64,000 bases of DNA from Octopus vulgaris (taxonomy: Eukaryota): contig OX597832.1 in the NCBI GenBank assembly GCA_951406725.2, positions 11,098,001 through 11,162,000 of the forward strand, in the 5' to 3' direction. How positions within the stretch are numbered: the stretch's first letter is position 1; the number at the start of each line of letters is the position of its first letter. The position numbers and the translations under genes are program-made. Shown in pieces: positions 12,722 to 26,080 of this stretch. Below the pieces are notes generated by a model. It worked only from the letters and a program-made list of their open reading frames with translations, was not told the DNA's origin and searched no databases.

Positions 12722-13814
12722 TCTATATATATATATATATAAAACTGAGAATGTATGTCTGTATGAGAACTACACAACAAATTTCATTCAAATTTTACAC
12801 ATGCCTTACTTAGGGTCTGGAGAGTGTCATCGGCAAAAGAATTCTTTTACTTTTTGCCTAGGGCGAGCCCACAGTACTATCATATCTTCTCCACTATTTC
12901 AGTATTACGTGTTAAAAGTGAAACAAAAACATCTCTCTATTGTATGTATATAGATCTATATATATATTACAAAAGATAAAGTTATATCTTGGGATCGTTA
13001 GTGACATCAACGCTCAAAATATATAACAGACTGGGATAGTAGTGCTCAAATGAGCTGTATACACTTTTTAATCCGAGGGGAAGCAATGCGAGCAGCAACT
13101 GCAAGAGCACTACAAAATCCACACAAAGATCAAACACATATATATATTAATTTATATCTACAGAACAGACATAAAGCCCGACGTTTAGAATTATATAGTA
13201 ATATATAAATATATAAACATCATATAAAAATATCTTGTACGCATAAGATCCACTCGACGTTCCACAAGAAATTTAGAAATAAAAATTGCAATAAAAGTTA
13301 GAGGTAATAATAACAATTGAATGAAGTATAGTAAATATATTAAGTATTAATTAAAATAAAACATAAGTATGGTAATTAAATCGTAATATAACAATTAAGA
13401 GATAAAAATAGCAATTAGTATAAAATGTATCTAGGATTTGAACTCGAATATGTGGCTTTGCATGAATGGGAGAAATTAAAAGATGAAAAATTTAATTGAG
13501 GGCAAAATTTAATTGAGGAAAAATTTAATTCCGTGTACTATGTGTTATGTGTAAAAAAATCACCGTGTACTATGTGTTATGTGTAAAAAAATCACCTGAC
13601 GAGGGGAGTGCCAATTTTAAATATATGTTTCATACTAATTGGTGCTTTTATGTACTTTTGTAAATTTGTATATTTATCTTCTATGCATTTTTCTCTGGAA
13701 TTTTAATTCGTCTTTTTAATATGTCATTGTATGTTTTATTACCCCAAATTTTAAATTTAACAAATTTATACCAAACTAGCACTATGACCCGGCAACGCCG
13801 GGTCATAATGATAG
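12722..13814 (+). mobile_element. Non-autonomous Helitron-like element with AT-rich internal cargo
   Basis: 5' end A|TC followed by tatatatataaaa and tgtatgtctg. 3' hairpin gacccggc-aac-gccgggtc followed by a degenerate CTAG (atag) then T. No TSD. Confidence 0.6.
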
Positions 13815-13948
13815 TTTTGTATAAAGATATTAAATAAACCTTTACCTGATTCTCGTTTTCTCGGGGAAATGTGTCTTACAGATTCATTTTGTATAAAGAT
13901 ATTAAATAAAACTTTACCTCATTCTCATTTTCTCGGGAGAAATATGTC
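13815..13948. repeat. Diverged direct repeat, 72-bp period
   Basis: ttttgtataaagatattaaataaa...ttctcggg occurs at 13815 and 13887. Confidence 0.9.
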
Positions 13949-14981
13949 ACCTGTATTTTCTCCTTTCTGGTTATTATATCATCGTCGACACCGTCCTTAA
14001 CATTATTTTCTCTTGTTTGCTGATGACTTGTATTGTCTTTGGACGGTGTTTGGATAGATTTTGTTTCTAAGCAAGATATAGCTTTTTAAAGATAAGATAC
14101 AGTCACACAACTGATTGAATACTAATCTCTGTCGATTTCAGTGACGCATAAGTTTTCTGTGTTTCTATATTCTGTTTTTATGTTCATTGAAAACTTGATT
14201 TCTCTTATAATTCCTCTAGAGAAATAATTTAATGTCGAAAATGTCATTATTAGTTATTTCCTTGATTTAATGACATTAGTTTCATCACCATGGTTACCGA
14301 TAATTTCTCCTCAATGAGACACATCTCTCTTCATCAAAAAGCAATTTTACCCTGAAGGGTATCGTTCTTCATATTATTTTCTAAAAGAAAATTATATAAT
14401 TTGATGAAAAGAAAATGTAAACAAGAATTCGAAGACGTTACGTAAAGGATTAATTGACAAATTGAATAATCTACTTCATAATAAAATTTGTAATAATTCA
14501 CATAAGAAACTTATTGAAATATTTTCTTATTTATACGGAAGAACAATGAACGTTAGTAGAATATTGTACACTATTAATATTTCATTTTCTCGCATTTCTG
14601 TTACCATTCTTCTTTCAAACCTACTGTATTCTCTATGGGCATGTAGATAATCGTTCTTCCGTCCTTCGCTCTCACTGTGATATTAAATGCGAATAACATT
14701 TTTTTTCCGAATCGTCTTTGGTTTCATTAGTGATTTTTATTCTCAGTCCAAAATTTGTTTGTATAATTCTTAATCGAAGTAACCGAAGTAGTGACCCTTT
14801 GTTGCATAGAAATCAGTAGCTGTCTCAAGCATTTATATTTTATGACAATTGCGCTGTAACATTTTGTAGGGAGGGATTTAAGGTAAAAAATAATTATTCA
14901 CAACTCAGACATTATATAAAATCTCCATCAAACACCTTCTCCAATTTTTGTAAAAGAAAAGAAGCGATTCTTAATAAACTC

Positions 14982-15351
14982 AAATTGAACACTGTGGGAA
15001 AGTCAGTGAATAGTTGAGCTAATACATGTATATTATCAAAATAAGTTTTTATACTTTCAGGAAATCTTCGATTATGAATGATGTAGTCCTTTACATCCCG
15101 TCGCGGCGTCCAGTCTGTTGCAAGGATTTGAAGCGGATATGTGACTGATCATAGCTTCCTTTCTCCCTTCTACAAGTCACAGAGATGCAAATATTAATAA
15201 AAGCTGCCTTCCATCCCGATAAAAATATAAAAAAGCTGATCTTAAACATAATCGAAGATTTCCTGAAAGTATAAAAACTTACTTTAATCATATACATGAA
15301 TTAGCTCAACTATTCATAAACCTCTTATGACTTTACCACATTGCTCAATTT
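14982..15351. repeat. Foldback element, ~95-105-bp inverted arms, ~170-bp spacer
   Basis: 14982-15076 is the reverse complement of 15247-15351, including the perfect block taagtttttatactttcaggaaatcttcgattatg. Confidence 0.9.
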
Positions 15352-16516
15352 ACATGTAATTTCCTATAAACTACTCTCCAAGTGGCATATTGTTTTCTTT
15401 TTCTCTTTCTACTACCGGTATTATAATGATTTTTACTCAATCAGTGTCAAACATAAAACCCACCCCAGTAAAATATTTGCTCTTATAATCATCTATGCAT
15501 TACAGTTTTACATAATACTATGAAATACGCCATATTCTGTTTTTAACACGCTTAAAATTTTACATTGGGCATTCCTTCTTATTTAATGAACAAAATGAAA
15601 CAGAAAACAAAGTTTTACGATAGTAGCATGAATGTACAATGAAATTATAACCCCATTAAGACATTCTGTATGTCGCGAAGACATAAAGAGAGAATATATT
15701 ACATTGTTGACGAATGACGAGATATAAAGGTTTGAAAACGCATCTAAATAAACATATGATCCTTATTTTTTCCATAGTAGTATTTATGACATATTTATAT
15801 TTTAGAATTTGTTGTGTAATTTATTTTTCATGTTTGTCGGTAAACTTAAAGTTAAATTACATAGTATTAAAAATTTATAACGAACCTTTAAATAAATATA
15901 GTAAAAATATATAAATAATTGTGAGAAGAAGCTAAGATAATTTTTGAAATAGTGGAAATAAAAGAATAATATGAACTTCCTTATATAATTTTAATACATT
16001 CGGCGTTTATCTTAATGTTGTAGGAGTTGTAGAAACAAATGTAATCTTATTTGAAATAATTGAAAAATTTCACTCCCAAACAAAATACAAATAAAAATAT
16101 TTCTGGTTGTAACGGTGTTCTTCAGATATCTGGCAATAGTGACGAGAAAGAAAAAAAACTAATAGTAGATTAACTCAAGCTATAGAGAGGAAAACGAGCT
16201 AAAGAGCTAAGCAGTGTGTCATGTGAACGTCAAACAGTTTTCAAATCTAATTTCCATTACCGACTATAAAACTAAGTTAGAACTAAGCGTATTTTGTGAT
16301 AGTTAAATTTGCAAGAGAAAAAGAAAAACAACTAACTTCCAATTTAGGTTTATTTAATTCGTTGTTCTCGTTGAATTTAAAATTCACTTACGAATAAAAT
16401 GTGCAATGTTTGGGAAGCAGGGTTAGGTGTGTTGCTATGTTTTATATTCAATCAAATATTATGGTAAATGATACTGCCCTATCGCGTAATGTTCAGGGAA
16501 AATAATTCTTCAGGCA

Positions 16517-16579
<63 letters not shown>

Positions 16580-16644
16580 AATATATGAAAAATAACTTAA
16601 TAATTATATATAGATATAATTCTAGATAACTTTGTGTATGTGTG

Positions 16645-17230
16645 TGGAAAGAGCAGCCAAATCTTTGGTCTAAAACCACATTAAATGTTCATACACCACC
16701 AGAAGCGAAGACAAAGAGACAATATAAACTAGCAAAAGTTTCCCATGCTGGCCACCTGATAAGATCGATATTCAAATAACGATCTTATCCTTATTTATTT
16801 AGATTTATATATTTATTTCGTCATCATATTCACTGCGGTAGTATTTTGACCATATCACACGAGGAGTTTGAGGCGACCAATTTAAACTGGTCGTCTGCAC
16901 ACGTGCATGTGCTATCTGAGTATATTCCACTGATGAATTCAGACCATCTCTTATGCAGAGTCAGACATCCGGGATCTGGAATTATCCAGTAATTTTTTGC
17001 TAGTTTATTTTGTCTCTTTGTCTTCTCTCCTGGTGCTATATGAACATTTAATGTGGTTTTAGAATCAAGTTTTGGATGCTATTTCCAGCGTGATGGTATC
17101 TCTTAGATAACCTAAATTATAATTTTAATAATAATTGTTCCCTTTCAAGGTTTTTATTCCCATGCTGGACACCTGATAAGATCGGTATTTAAATAACCAT
17201 CTTATCGTTATTTATATAAATTTATATATA
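16645..17230. repeat. Inverted-plus-direct repeat element (A, B, inverted A, B), Penelope pseudo-LTR-like layout
   Basis: 16645-16738 is inverted at 16994-17087. tcccatgctgg.cacctgataagatcg is repeated directly at 16741 and 17158. Confidence 0.8.
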
Positions 17231-17449
17231 TATATATGATTCCTAATAAACAAGTTAAAATTAGGACTCTGTAGTGGAATACTTTTTCAATATGTTTTTC
17301 GAATACGTGGTTTATATACATATAGGATATACTGACTTAAATGCAGTGAAATTAAGTACACGCTATTTTCTTCAGGAACTGAGGTAGATGTTTCATTAGA
17401 ATTGCATTTCCTCTCAGTATATGTGCACGGTGCACGGCGATGGTTATTT

Positions 17450-18700
17450 ACGCTGCACTTCAATACAAATAGCTTGTGGCATCGAACCGATCCGAGATAT
17501 TATTTAATGAATATTTTAGGAATATTGCAGATTCTGTATTTTAATATCAAGTATGATGCAAGCGTGTAGCTTATTCACATACGTTTACAGCATAAGCAAA
17601 ATTATTGAAGTGGATACACACCCCGTAGCATTTAACATACATTTTTAGATATTTTACTGTCCTTCAGGCTTTTAGATTTTTATGCATTTGCATTCTTCAT
17701 TTCCCACTGCATTTATCTATTTGAATAAGCCAGTATATTCTTGGTTGTCCTTGTCAAATATTACCTTAATTTCTTCAAACCACAATGTATTTTCATTTAA
17801 ACCACGCATGTGAGAAAATCACTGATTGTGTTTGATCCCTGTCTCCTTTCAACTAATTCCAAACTGGTATTCGAAAGGCTGGTTAGTATAATCTTTCTTT
17901 AGCGTAATACTAATTTCAATACTATTTTTAAAGACTGTAAATTTTTATTGTAATCATATTTATAAAATGGCTTTCTAAATCTTGCAATAGATTCACAACC
18001 ATAATACCTTTTATTATGAAAACTGTTTTCATGCATGATGTTGCATAATCACTATATAATTTATTCAAACCTTACATAGGCATGTTTGGCATGTCAATTA
18101 TATGAATACTTATTGCGCAATATATGATGATACATCCTGAGTATAGACCATAATTCTTTGAACACATTAGATTCAAATATGGTTTAAGATTTAAAATTTC
18201 AAAACATTTATTTTTTAACTCACAGAAGGGCGACAATTGATTGTGTTCATTTGAAATCAAATATTAGGAAATAACATCTGACGAATATCTGTAAAGTTCT
18301 AGTACGATAAGGAAGTATTCTTTTCTAACTTTCTGGTACAATGCTGCGGGACATGATTATGTGCTCGAGAAATACATCCTCGAAGAATTTATGTAATCTT
18401 CGTTATATCATGTTTCCAATTTATTAATGATCCTATCATTGAATATCACTCATTTTGAATACTGAGTTTTAAATATTTAGATGATATTTGGACAAGCGCT
18501 TCCTTATTCTTAATGTCTAATTCTATTTGTGTATTACATAATATGCTGTAACTTTGGCATTGATGTCGTGTAAAGCATAGCGTAATACGTCTCTTTCCAT
18601 ATCTTTATGAGTGTATTGAATTTATAAAAGTAAAATTTTAGATATTATAGACCGATATAAATAATATGGATGTTAGACTTCCTATCCAGTATAGAAGAGA
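17450..18700 (-). pseudogene. Heavily decayed non-LTR retrotransposon reverse transcriptase fragment
   Basis: Manual minus-strand translation with frameshifts gives RT-like motifs in the expected order: W..SLTSIL.YRSIISKIL (~18690), GC.EH (~18375), QPFEYQFGI..GD (~17870), NNFAYA (~17600, YADD site decayed). Confidence 0.45.
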
Positions 18701-19036
18701 TCGTTGTATTTGTTAAACTTCAGAACAATATACAATTGATAGGGTTATATTTTCAGAGCTAGCACAAACTTAATTGTCAATTTCTATGTTACAGTATTAT
18801 ACATCCAAAGTGAACTTAGATGTAATAAGATAATGTAATCATATTGTTATGTATCAAGGGGAAGAGAAATTATGCGGAATAAACATTTACTTATACAATG
18901 CAATACAACAGAACACTAGCAACGTCTCTCGCACTTTTGACCAATGCAAACTATTATTTGGTAAGATGAACTATTTATTGTGGAGGCAAATTTTATATAA
19001 TTGCATAAAATTATGAGCCTTTCCAACACTGTACAT

Positions 19037-19088
<52 letters not shown>

Positions 19089-21399
19089 CACTAAGACACA
19101 CACAACAAATATGTACACACACACACACACATACATACAACTGTCCGACCAACGAGAACATGAATCTCTAAATAACAGTTTTAGTGATGTTTAGCAACTT
19201 TTTACATAAGGAATGTGTGTGTGTGTGTGTGTTACTTTTATAAATAGCTGATTACATTTAAAAAACGTGGAAATAATACTCACACAATAGACATCTCTGC
19301 ACAATAACTTTACATAATTTACTTCCAGTGTTGAACTTTCAAAACTTTACTGAAACAAATGCATGGTTGAAGACATTCACCAGAAAGAAGCTGCAATAGA
19401 ATAGAACCCGAAACCATGTGATTGGGAGCATATATAATCACACATCCCAGGAGAAATACTATTGATATACTACCTTTAAGATGCATTAACATCAAAAAAG
19501 ATACAGCTATATAATTATCTCGGAAGATATATGTTCAGTAACATGTATGCAATAATAGTAAATTTTAACTTAATAATCATATTTGTAGAGGATACGAAAT
19601 TACTTTATGAAACAATAATTACGAAGTTTATTAGATTTTTTTGAGACACGAAGCCAAAATTAATGCGTAAAATCTAGTCAACGAACCAGTGCAAAGCAGT
19701 CTCCATTCAAGCACATTCCAAAGTTTTACCGCATCATACCTCTCCGGCAATCTGTTTCAATTATCCTTTGTGCAGCGGTCTGTAAAAGACACACTAACCA
19801 TGGCTTCCTTCGATCTAAAACAGTTTTCAGAGATCAGAAATCTTGATAGAATCTTTTTCTTTTTTTTCAATTTCGTATTTCTCTATATGTATTTCACTTA
19901 TCATCTTCATCTCTCATTTCGTTTCGGGTAATAGTTCGAGTTTGCTTCCATCAAATTACTTATAACAGAAGGGAGTCAGTCTGTCTCAACAGGGTCGTTT
20001 TTATAGATTTTTTCTGTGGTCTTTATTGTTTGTGTTATGACGTGTTCACCAGAACTTGAAGCAATATTTCTTCGCGAGGAATACAAGTGGTAGAGTGATT
20101 TTGCTGTTTATCTACCACGGAACAAACACAGAAACATCCAATCTTCATAGCAGAACTTATCGAATAAAAAACAGTGTTCCATACAATAAACTGTCACTGA
20201 TTCATGACTTCTTTTCATGTGGGGGCATCATTTTCAATTACTTATTATTCTACACGAACATGCAACAACTAAGCACCCGTTCTAAATCCTAGAAATAGCG
20301 AATAGATGTTTCTCAGGTTATATCATGCCATAGTGTATGTGAATTACATATTAGTAAATATGGACGAGATGCCGGTAAGCATCAAGCCCAGTGTGCTAAA
20401 TATCTTCACAGATCGCCGACTTAAATTTATTACATATTACATTAGGCGGACTTAGACGATTCTTAAAAAGAAAATTATTTTTAGGTAGAGCCTAAATATA
20501 CAGCAGACCTGAAACAGAGCAGGAAATGAAAACAGTGAAATGATTTACAAATTAATGTACACGGCCGCAGATTTTGAGATTTTTATAATTACCCTGGAAG
20601 TTATGAATAACCAAAGAAAAAAATCCTAATAGCAGCGAAATGAAATTCTTACAAGAGATTCAGATTCTTTGATTGAAAATGTGAGGAATCGGCTCTAATA
20701 TATATAAACTGATGAAATCTATCCGAAAGACTGTCATTCAGTTTCGATCTACCGGAATTCATGCACAATATTACAATAGAAACAATGTCCGATGAAGCAA
20801 TGCTTGTGGGGTTCAATCTGAAATAACACAGCTGCGATCCATACAATGTAACTACGTAGCCAATCCTGCATTAGTATGATGGACCATATATATTTAATAT
20901 ATTGAAATTTTATTCCTTTTACTTATATAGAAATATTACCAATAATATCCCGTTATTGATTCGATCGTTTAGAAATTTATGTGGAAGAAAAGCAAGGTAG
21001 CGATAATCAAAGAAAAATAAGTAAAAGAAAAGGAAATAAAACAGATGTAAAAAGGAATTATTTTCCTCACGTTTCTATTCAAATACGAACGCTTTTTCTA
21101 AATTTATAAATGGGTTTATTTGTATTTAAAAAAGTATTAGTGAAATGATTTCTCCTTGAATGAGAAGAAACTTCTTTTAGCATAGATGCAGATATCTGTC
21201 ACTAGAAATGATTTATGTTTGTCAGAAATAGGTACAAGTCTGAAAAGGATGTAGTCTTCAAATACGATTTAAATCTATATATTTAAATTATGCCACTGGC
21301 AAGAAAAGAATTATACTCTATATCTATGTGGATTATCATTCTGCATAATTTTAGAACTTCATGATATATTTTAAGTTCAAAGATTTTATAAGTTTTAAT

Positions 21400-22520
21400 G
21401 TTATAATAAGACGTTTTTATTACAAGATTTCACTCGCTACCGAGCGTAGCTCTATGTTGCTTGGGCAAGTGTTGTGATTGGTATAAGGGGCAATACTGAA
21501 AATATTGAAATTGTTCTGCGCAGTGTTATATTCTGAGCGTTGTATTTAGCGGCATGATGTGTTTATCATAAATAAAGAAGCAATTATTGGGATTCTCTTT
21601 CTTTCAGTAGTCTTCACTTATGGCTTTGCTGATCAATAACTAATGCTTACAGCCATATAAAACTTTATAGCATCCGCTCTATTCTTCCCGAAACGGGCTA
21701 TTTTGTCCACTCATCTCTTCGCGATAATATTACATCAAGGTTTATAAAATGGAGAGAGACATTTTACATTTTGTTGGGATGCAGCATCTGTCGTTTTGGA
21801 AATTAATATGGTTTTCACCTTTAGTGAAATACTCATTTGTTGGATCTGGTTTTGTTAGAATATAGTTAAAAGCTCCTTATGTTAAATATTTTAAACACTA
21901 CACGGGCTTCTAGCTGTTGGTCTTTTGAATATGTGGACTAATTCTTCTTTTGGTATGGGTGTCGAAGTTTGTAATTTGCAATTAGGTTATTTGCTATTAG
22001 GTTTCATATTTGCGTAGATGTTATATTTGCTATTTGCTATTTTGTTTAATTTTATCTCGAGTGATTTCTTCGCCGTCAATACATTCCCCCTACTAATTAT
22101 TCTACTGTTGCTATTGTTGCTATACCAACATCTATTTTATCTTTACCAATTTCATGGTCGAATCATTTTGGGCTTCAGTTAAAATGTTTGTTTTTCTCTA
22201 GGAATCATTACCGTTTTTCCAAGCCGATGGTTTTAGAAAGGATTTCTTATTTTATGCTTTCAAGTAATTCAGTTTCACCTTATGTGAATTTATGTATCTG
22301 CAATGTTGCCCCGTTTTCCCCCCGTTGTTTAGCAATGTTGTTTGATCATAACTTTACTAAGGATTGACTGATCATTTCTCTTATCTTCTTTTTCTGCATA
22401 TTCCTTTTTCATAATATTACCTTGGGTTTTGATACCCTTGTTTGGATCACTGTCTTTGTGATCACAAGTCCTGCAACATATAGTTTTAGCCTGGCTGTAG
22501 TCTTGTTTCTATCTGTTGAA
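21400..22520 (-). pseudogene. Possible very decayed Penelope-like RT fragment
   Basis: Weak ordered remnants on the minus strand: LVITKT, IPKEELVHI, EYFTKGE, FQY..YQSQH.P. Many stops. Confidence 0.25.
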
Positions 22521-22860
22521 ATTAAATGTATTGCTTAAACAATTTCTTGCTGTTTTTTCTGTCTCATCATCAAGGTTACTTTTGAGGAGGTAACCTTTTA
22601 TTTTAATGGCTTCAGTCGTAGCACTGCGGCCATGCTGGAGTACTGCCTAAATTTATTTTCTTTCAGTTTTCTTTACCGTTTTATGACTGGAACTTGATCT
22701 ATAATTGGTTGTGTAGCTACCAATCCTCACAAAGTCCTATATCGTCGTTAGAAGTTTATCAAACGTTTTGTTTGTAATGTTTCAGTAGATGTCCCCTTCA
22801 TATGCCTCGGCTCTTCCACATAACTGAAAGACATAACACCGTTCGCAGCGCATGAGTATT

Positions 22861-22967
22861 AGAAGTAGTAGTAGTAGTAGTAGTGATAATAGTAGAAGTA
22901 AAAGTATTAATAGTAGTAGAAGTAGTGATAGCAGTAGAAGTGGCAGCAGCAGAATTAGTAGTAGTAT
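22861..22967. repeat. Degenerate (AGT)n tract
   Basis: agtagtagtagt with agc and aga variants. Confidence 0.95.
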
Positions 22968-23500
22968 TGAGGGAGAGAACCGGGCATGCATTCAAATTGG
23001 CACTGGAGTACAAATTTACGAAGCCTAATATATCCATCATGATTACCCGTCTGATACATGCATCACAACTATATATGCGCATGACGTGGTGACTTTCTAT
23101 AAAGATAAACGACACATGACCTTGCAGGTGGGTCTCAGTTAGAATTTTCTCCAGGTTAAGTAAGCCATACAACTCAAAAGGTCCTTGGGTTCATTAAGGA
23201 TGATGAACGAAATACCTAAGTTCCTAGAGGTGAAGTATTCAAACTCAAATAATTCATCTCGGCACATGTCTATGATGCTCCCGAACTACTTCTGCTTGTG
23301 ATCAGAAATGCACATATTATTAGCCACTAAAGGACGTGCTCAACTGGTTATGGTTAAGCAACTGAGAGGCAAATCCGTGGTATTGAGCTGAATATTTTCT
23401 GTAGCCCAACTTTTTACACCAAGACAATACATGTCTGATATACTTCCTATCAGTTAAGATCAGAAGCCATCAGAGCCATAACTTGGTAATGTATTAAGGC

Positions 23501-23502
<2 letters not shown>
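22968..23502. mobile_element. Unclassified interspersed-repeat-like segment between (AGT)n and (ATT)n tracts
   Basis: Non-coding, higher-complexity block bounded by trinucleotide repeats. It resembles an octopus repeat from memory only; no second copy in this window. Confidence 0.4.
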
Positions 23503-23534
<32 letters not shown>

Positions 23535-23589
23535 CTTTACTCAGGATTGGTCTATACCTGTCAAATTCATGTCAGTGGCGGATTACTTC

Positions 23590-23925
23590 CTGTAACCTTA
23601 GGTATTCACATACTTTCAGTAAGCCTTCAAGTTCGCTAAACCCTTCTGGTAACCTTTCCTGTTCCTAAGAGGCAAGCATTGTGGAGGAATTCTACATGAG
23701 GTTCCCATCCCTTTCAACCATTTTCCTATATCGTTACTTGCAGCCCCTAATGAAACGATTATCACAGTTTTTATATTCAAAATTTTCGCAATATGGAACT
23801 TTTTAAGCTATTCACCTTATTCCTTCACTATCCTGGAATCACATGGCAATGAGGGTTTATCAGAAACATATTCTTGTTACCTTCTCTATCATTGTTATAT
23901 TTAGATCTTTCCGCTTGTCTATAAC
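23590..23925 (-). pseudogene. R4/Dong-type non-LTR retrotransposon C-terminal restriction-like endonuclease fragment
   Basis: The minus strand reads NITMIEKVTRICF, PCDSRIVKE, KTVIIVSLGA and ACLLGTGKVTRRV*. This fits the R4 RLE end pattern (PDI..DK..C.IID..P.D / V.IGALG / LLGT..I.R.V). It ends near (TAA)n. Confidence 0.7.
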
Positions 23926-23990
23926 TGTTATATCAGGTTTCCCCGTGTATAAAATTGTTATATCTAGATAATTATTACCGTCGTTGTTGT

Positions 23991-24299
23991 GGAGACACAT
24001 GGCCTAGTGGTTAGAGCAGCGGACTCGCGGTCGAGGGATCGCGGGTTCGAATCTCAGACCGGGCGATGTGTGTGTGTTTATGAGCGAAACACCTAAGTTC
24101 CACACGGCTCCGGCAGAAGATAATAGCGAACTTCTGTTGACTCTTTCGCCACAATTTACTCGCACTCTTTCCTCCTGCACTTTGAAGCTTACAGCGACGG
24201 ACCGGCGTCCCGTCCAGGTGGGGAACCTGTACGCCAAGGAAACCGGGAAACCGGCTCGTATGTGTCAGGCATGGCTCGAGGGGGAACAAAAAACAACTA
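23991..24299 (+). mobile_element. Full-length tRNA-derived SINE family A with V-domain-like block and 10-bp TSD
   Basis: A-box tggcctagtggttagagc, B-box ggttcgaatct, and gcgacggaccggcgtcccgtccagg. tcgttgttgt flanks both sides (23981-90, 24300-09). Confidence 0.92.
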
Positions 24300-25264
24300 T
24301 CGTTGTTGTTGCTGCTGCCGCTGTTGTTTTTCTTGTTATTATATTAAAGCTGTTCTTCATATATTTCTTATAAGTGTACATTACTTTTAGAATAATTGTT
24401 TAATCATATATTGATAGCATACAAGTTGACAAATTTCGTTCGGTGGTTTGGATTATATTTTGCTATAGCCATTCATACTCAGATATATTTGTAGAAAAGA
24501 AATATGACTGTCTTAGAACCTAGGGAAAAAATAACATAGAAATACTGAATAGACGCAATGTATTTATTTACAGGAAAGTATATATAAAGCTGTCAGAATT
24601 TTAAATAATATACTATTTCTCCTACTGTAATTTCGATGTCCTTCCGTATTCAGCAGATAAAACTGACAGGTGAAATAAGATTTTTGAATATAAAGACGGA
24701 ATAATATCGGAATAGTATTTTCCAACTTACAATACTATGTCTCATTATTAAAAGTTTATAAATGCCGATGGGATCGAGTATACGTTTCATTAAATAATCA
24801 TTTATATCATACTCGAAATACAGCCAATATAGAGCCAAAAGCGTAATATAGAGAATATACAGTGTTTTTTCCCCAAACATAAAGTTTGGTTAAATTTTGT
24901 GCTACTTCCTTAATCTCTTATACACATTTCTCTAACTCAACTAATGGAAACACAACAGCGTGAGATCTATCAAAATAAGAAAGTTCCATAATTTCACAAA
25001 TTATATTCATTGTGATGTTCATCTGAGAGCATAGGAGGTAGTGTTCCTGGTTTAGTGTTCAAGCTTACCACGATGATTTCTGTTTTCTTTTAATCAAAGA
25101 CAAGATGCAAAGCCCGAAATATTCGACTCCAAATTTTGTTGGTAATTAAACTTATTAGTTAATAAGTTTTATTACCAACATAATTGCAAGCCCAAACCTA
25201 TTGTCTAAATTTAGCATCGTCATCAATACGATCCAATAAAACTTCTGTGTGTGTTGGGCATGTC

Positions 25265-25410
25265 TTCGTGGAATAGCATCGAAATCGTCCTAAAACTACA
25301 TTATAAAGTCTTTAATATAGTCTTTATACGCATTATATGAGTAAACCAATTTGATTACGTGTAGTAACCCTGTTACTCACAGATCAGCTTGATCAGATAT
25401 AAACTGTTTG
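25265..25410 (+). repeat. Old dispersed repeat, copy 1
   Basis: aatagcatcg.aatc, tttgattacg.gtag and tgttac.ca.ag.tc.gc..gatca are colinear with 26262-26420. Confidence 0.65.
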
Positions 25411-25969
25411 ATACACTTCCAGCTCAAATTGTTGCTACAATGGCTAAGAAATTTATAGACAATAATAATTGTGAACTTTTAATTGAAAGCAAAATGAAAC
25501 ATATACTTGACATGAACAAAATTCTTCAATATATCTTTTTTATGTGAAAAACACGAGTGATAACGAGTAATTAAAAGAACTTATTTTTAATTATTCAATT
25601 TTAATGGTGTCAGCAAAATTGATTTATTCGGTGATTTTTAAGTAGTTTGATTATATTTTTAATTATATTTTGGCTATCGGAATTTCAGGCTGGAGATATC
25701 GTAACAGCATCTTAATAAAACAATTTACACTAAGTATACGCCGAAAGATGGCGTAATAATCACGAGGGTAAATTCCCCAATTTATTTTTTTCACAAGAAT
25801 TATATTGATAGGTGAATAAAACAATATAACTGGGTCTGATAACTGTCTGAGAAAATTAAGTATGCATCTAAATATCTTATAACATGAGTACTTTTATGCC
25901 CGACGTTATCAGAGACAAATAAATCAAGAAGTACATCAAGTATACCAATTTTCTACACAAACATATCTA

Positions 25970-26080
<111 letters not shown>

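Noticed and set aside
13486-13948. CRISPR-like repeats
   Set aside because: Only 2-3 adjacent copies, no unique spacers, and a eukaryotic context.
17380-17420. let-7 seed tgaggtag in a weak hairpin
   Set aside because: Only the seed matches and there is no pre-miRNA-length stem.
20087-20140. miR-7-like string tggtagagtgattttgctgtt with a short hairpin
   Set aside because: Seed mismatch and a 3-nt deletion relative to miR-7. The hairpin is only ~32 nt and in the wrong register.
23991-24060. tRNA gene
   Set aside because: The tRNA-like head continues into a SINE body with a TSD and lacks a complete acceptor stem.
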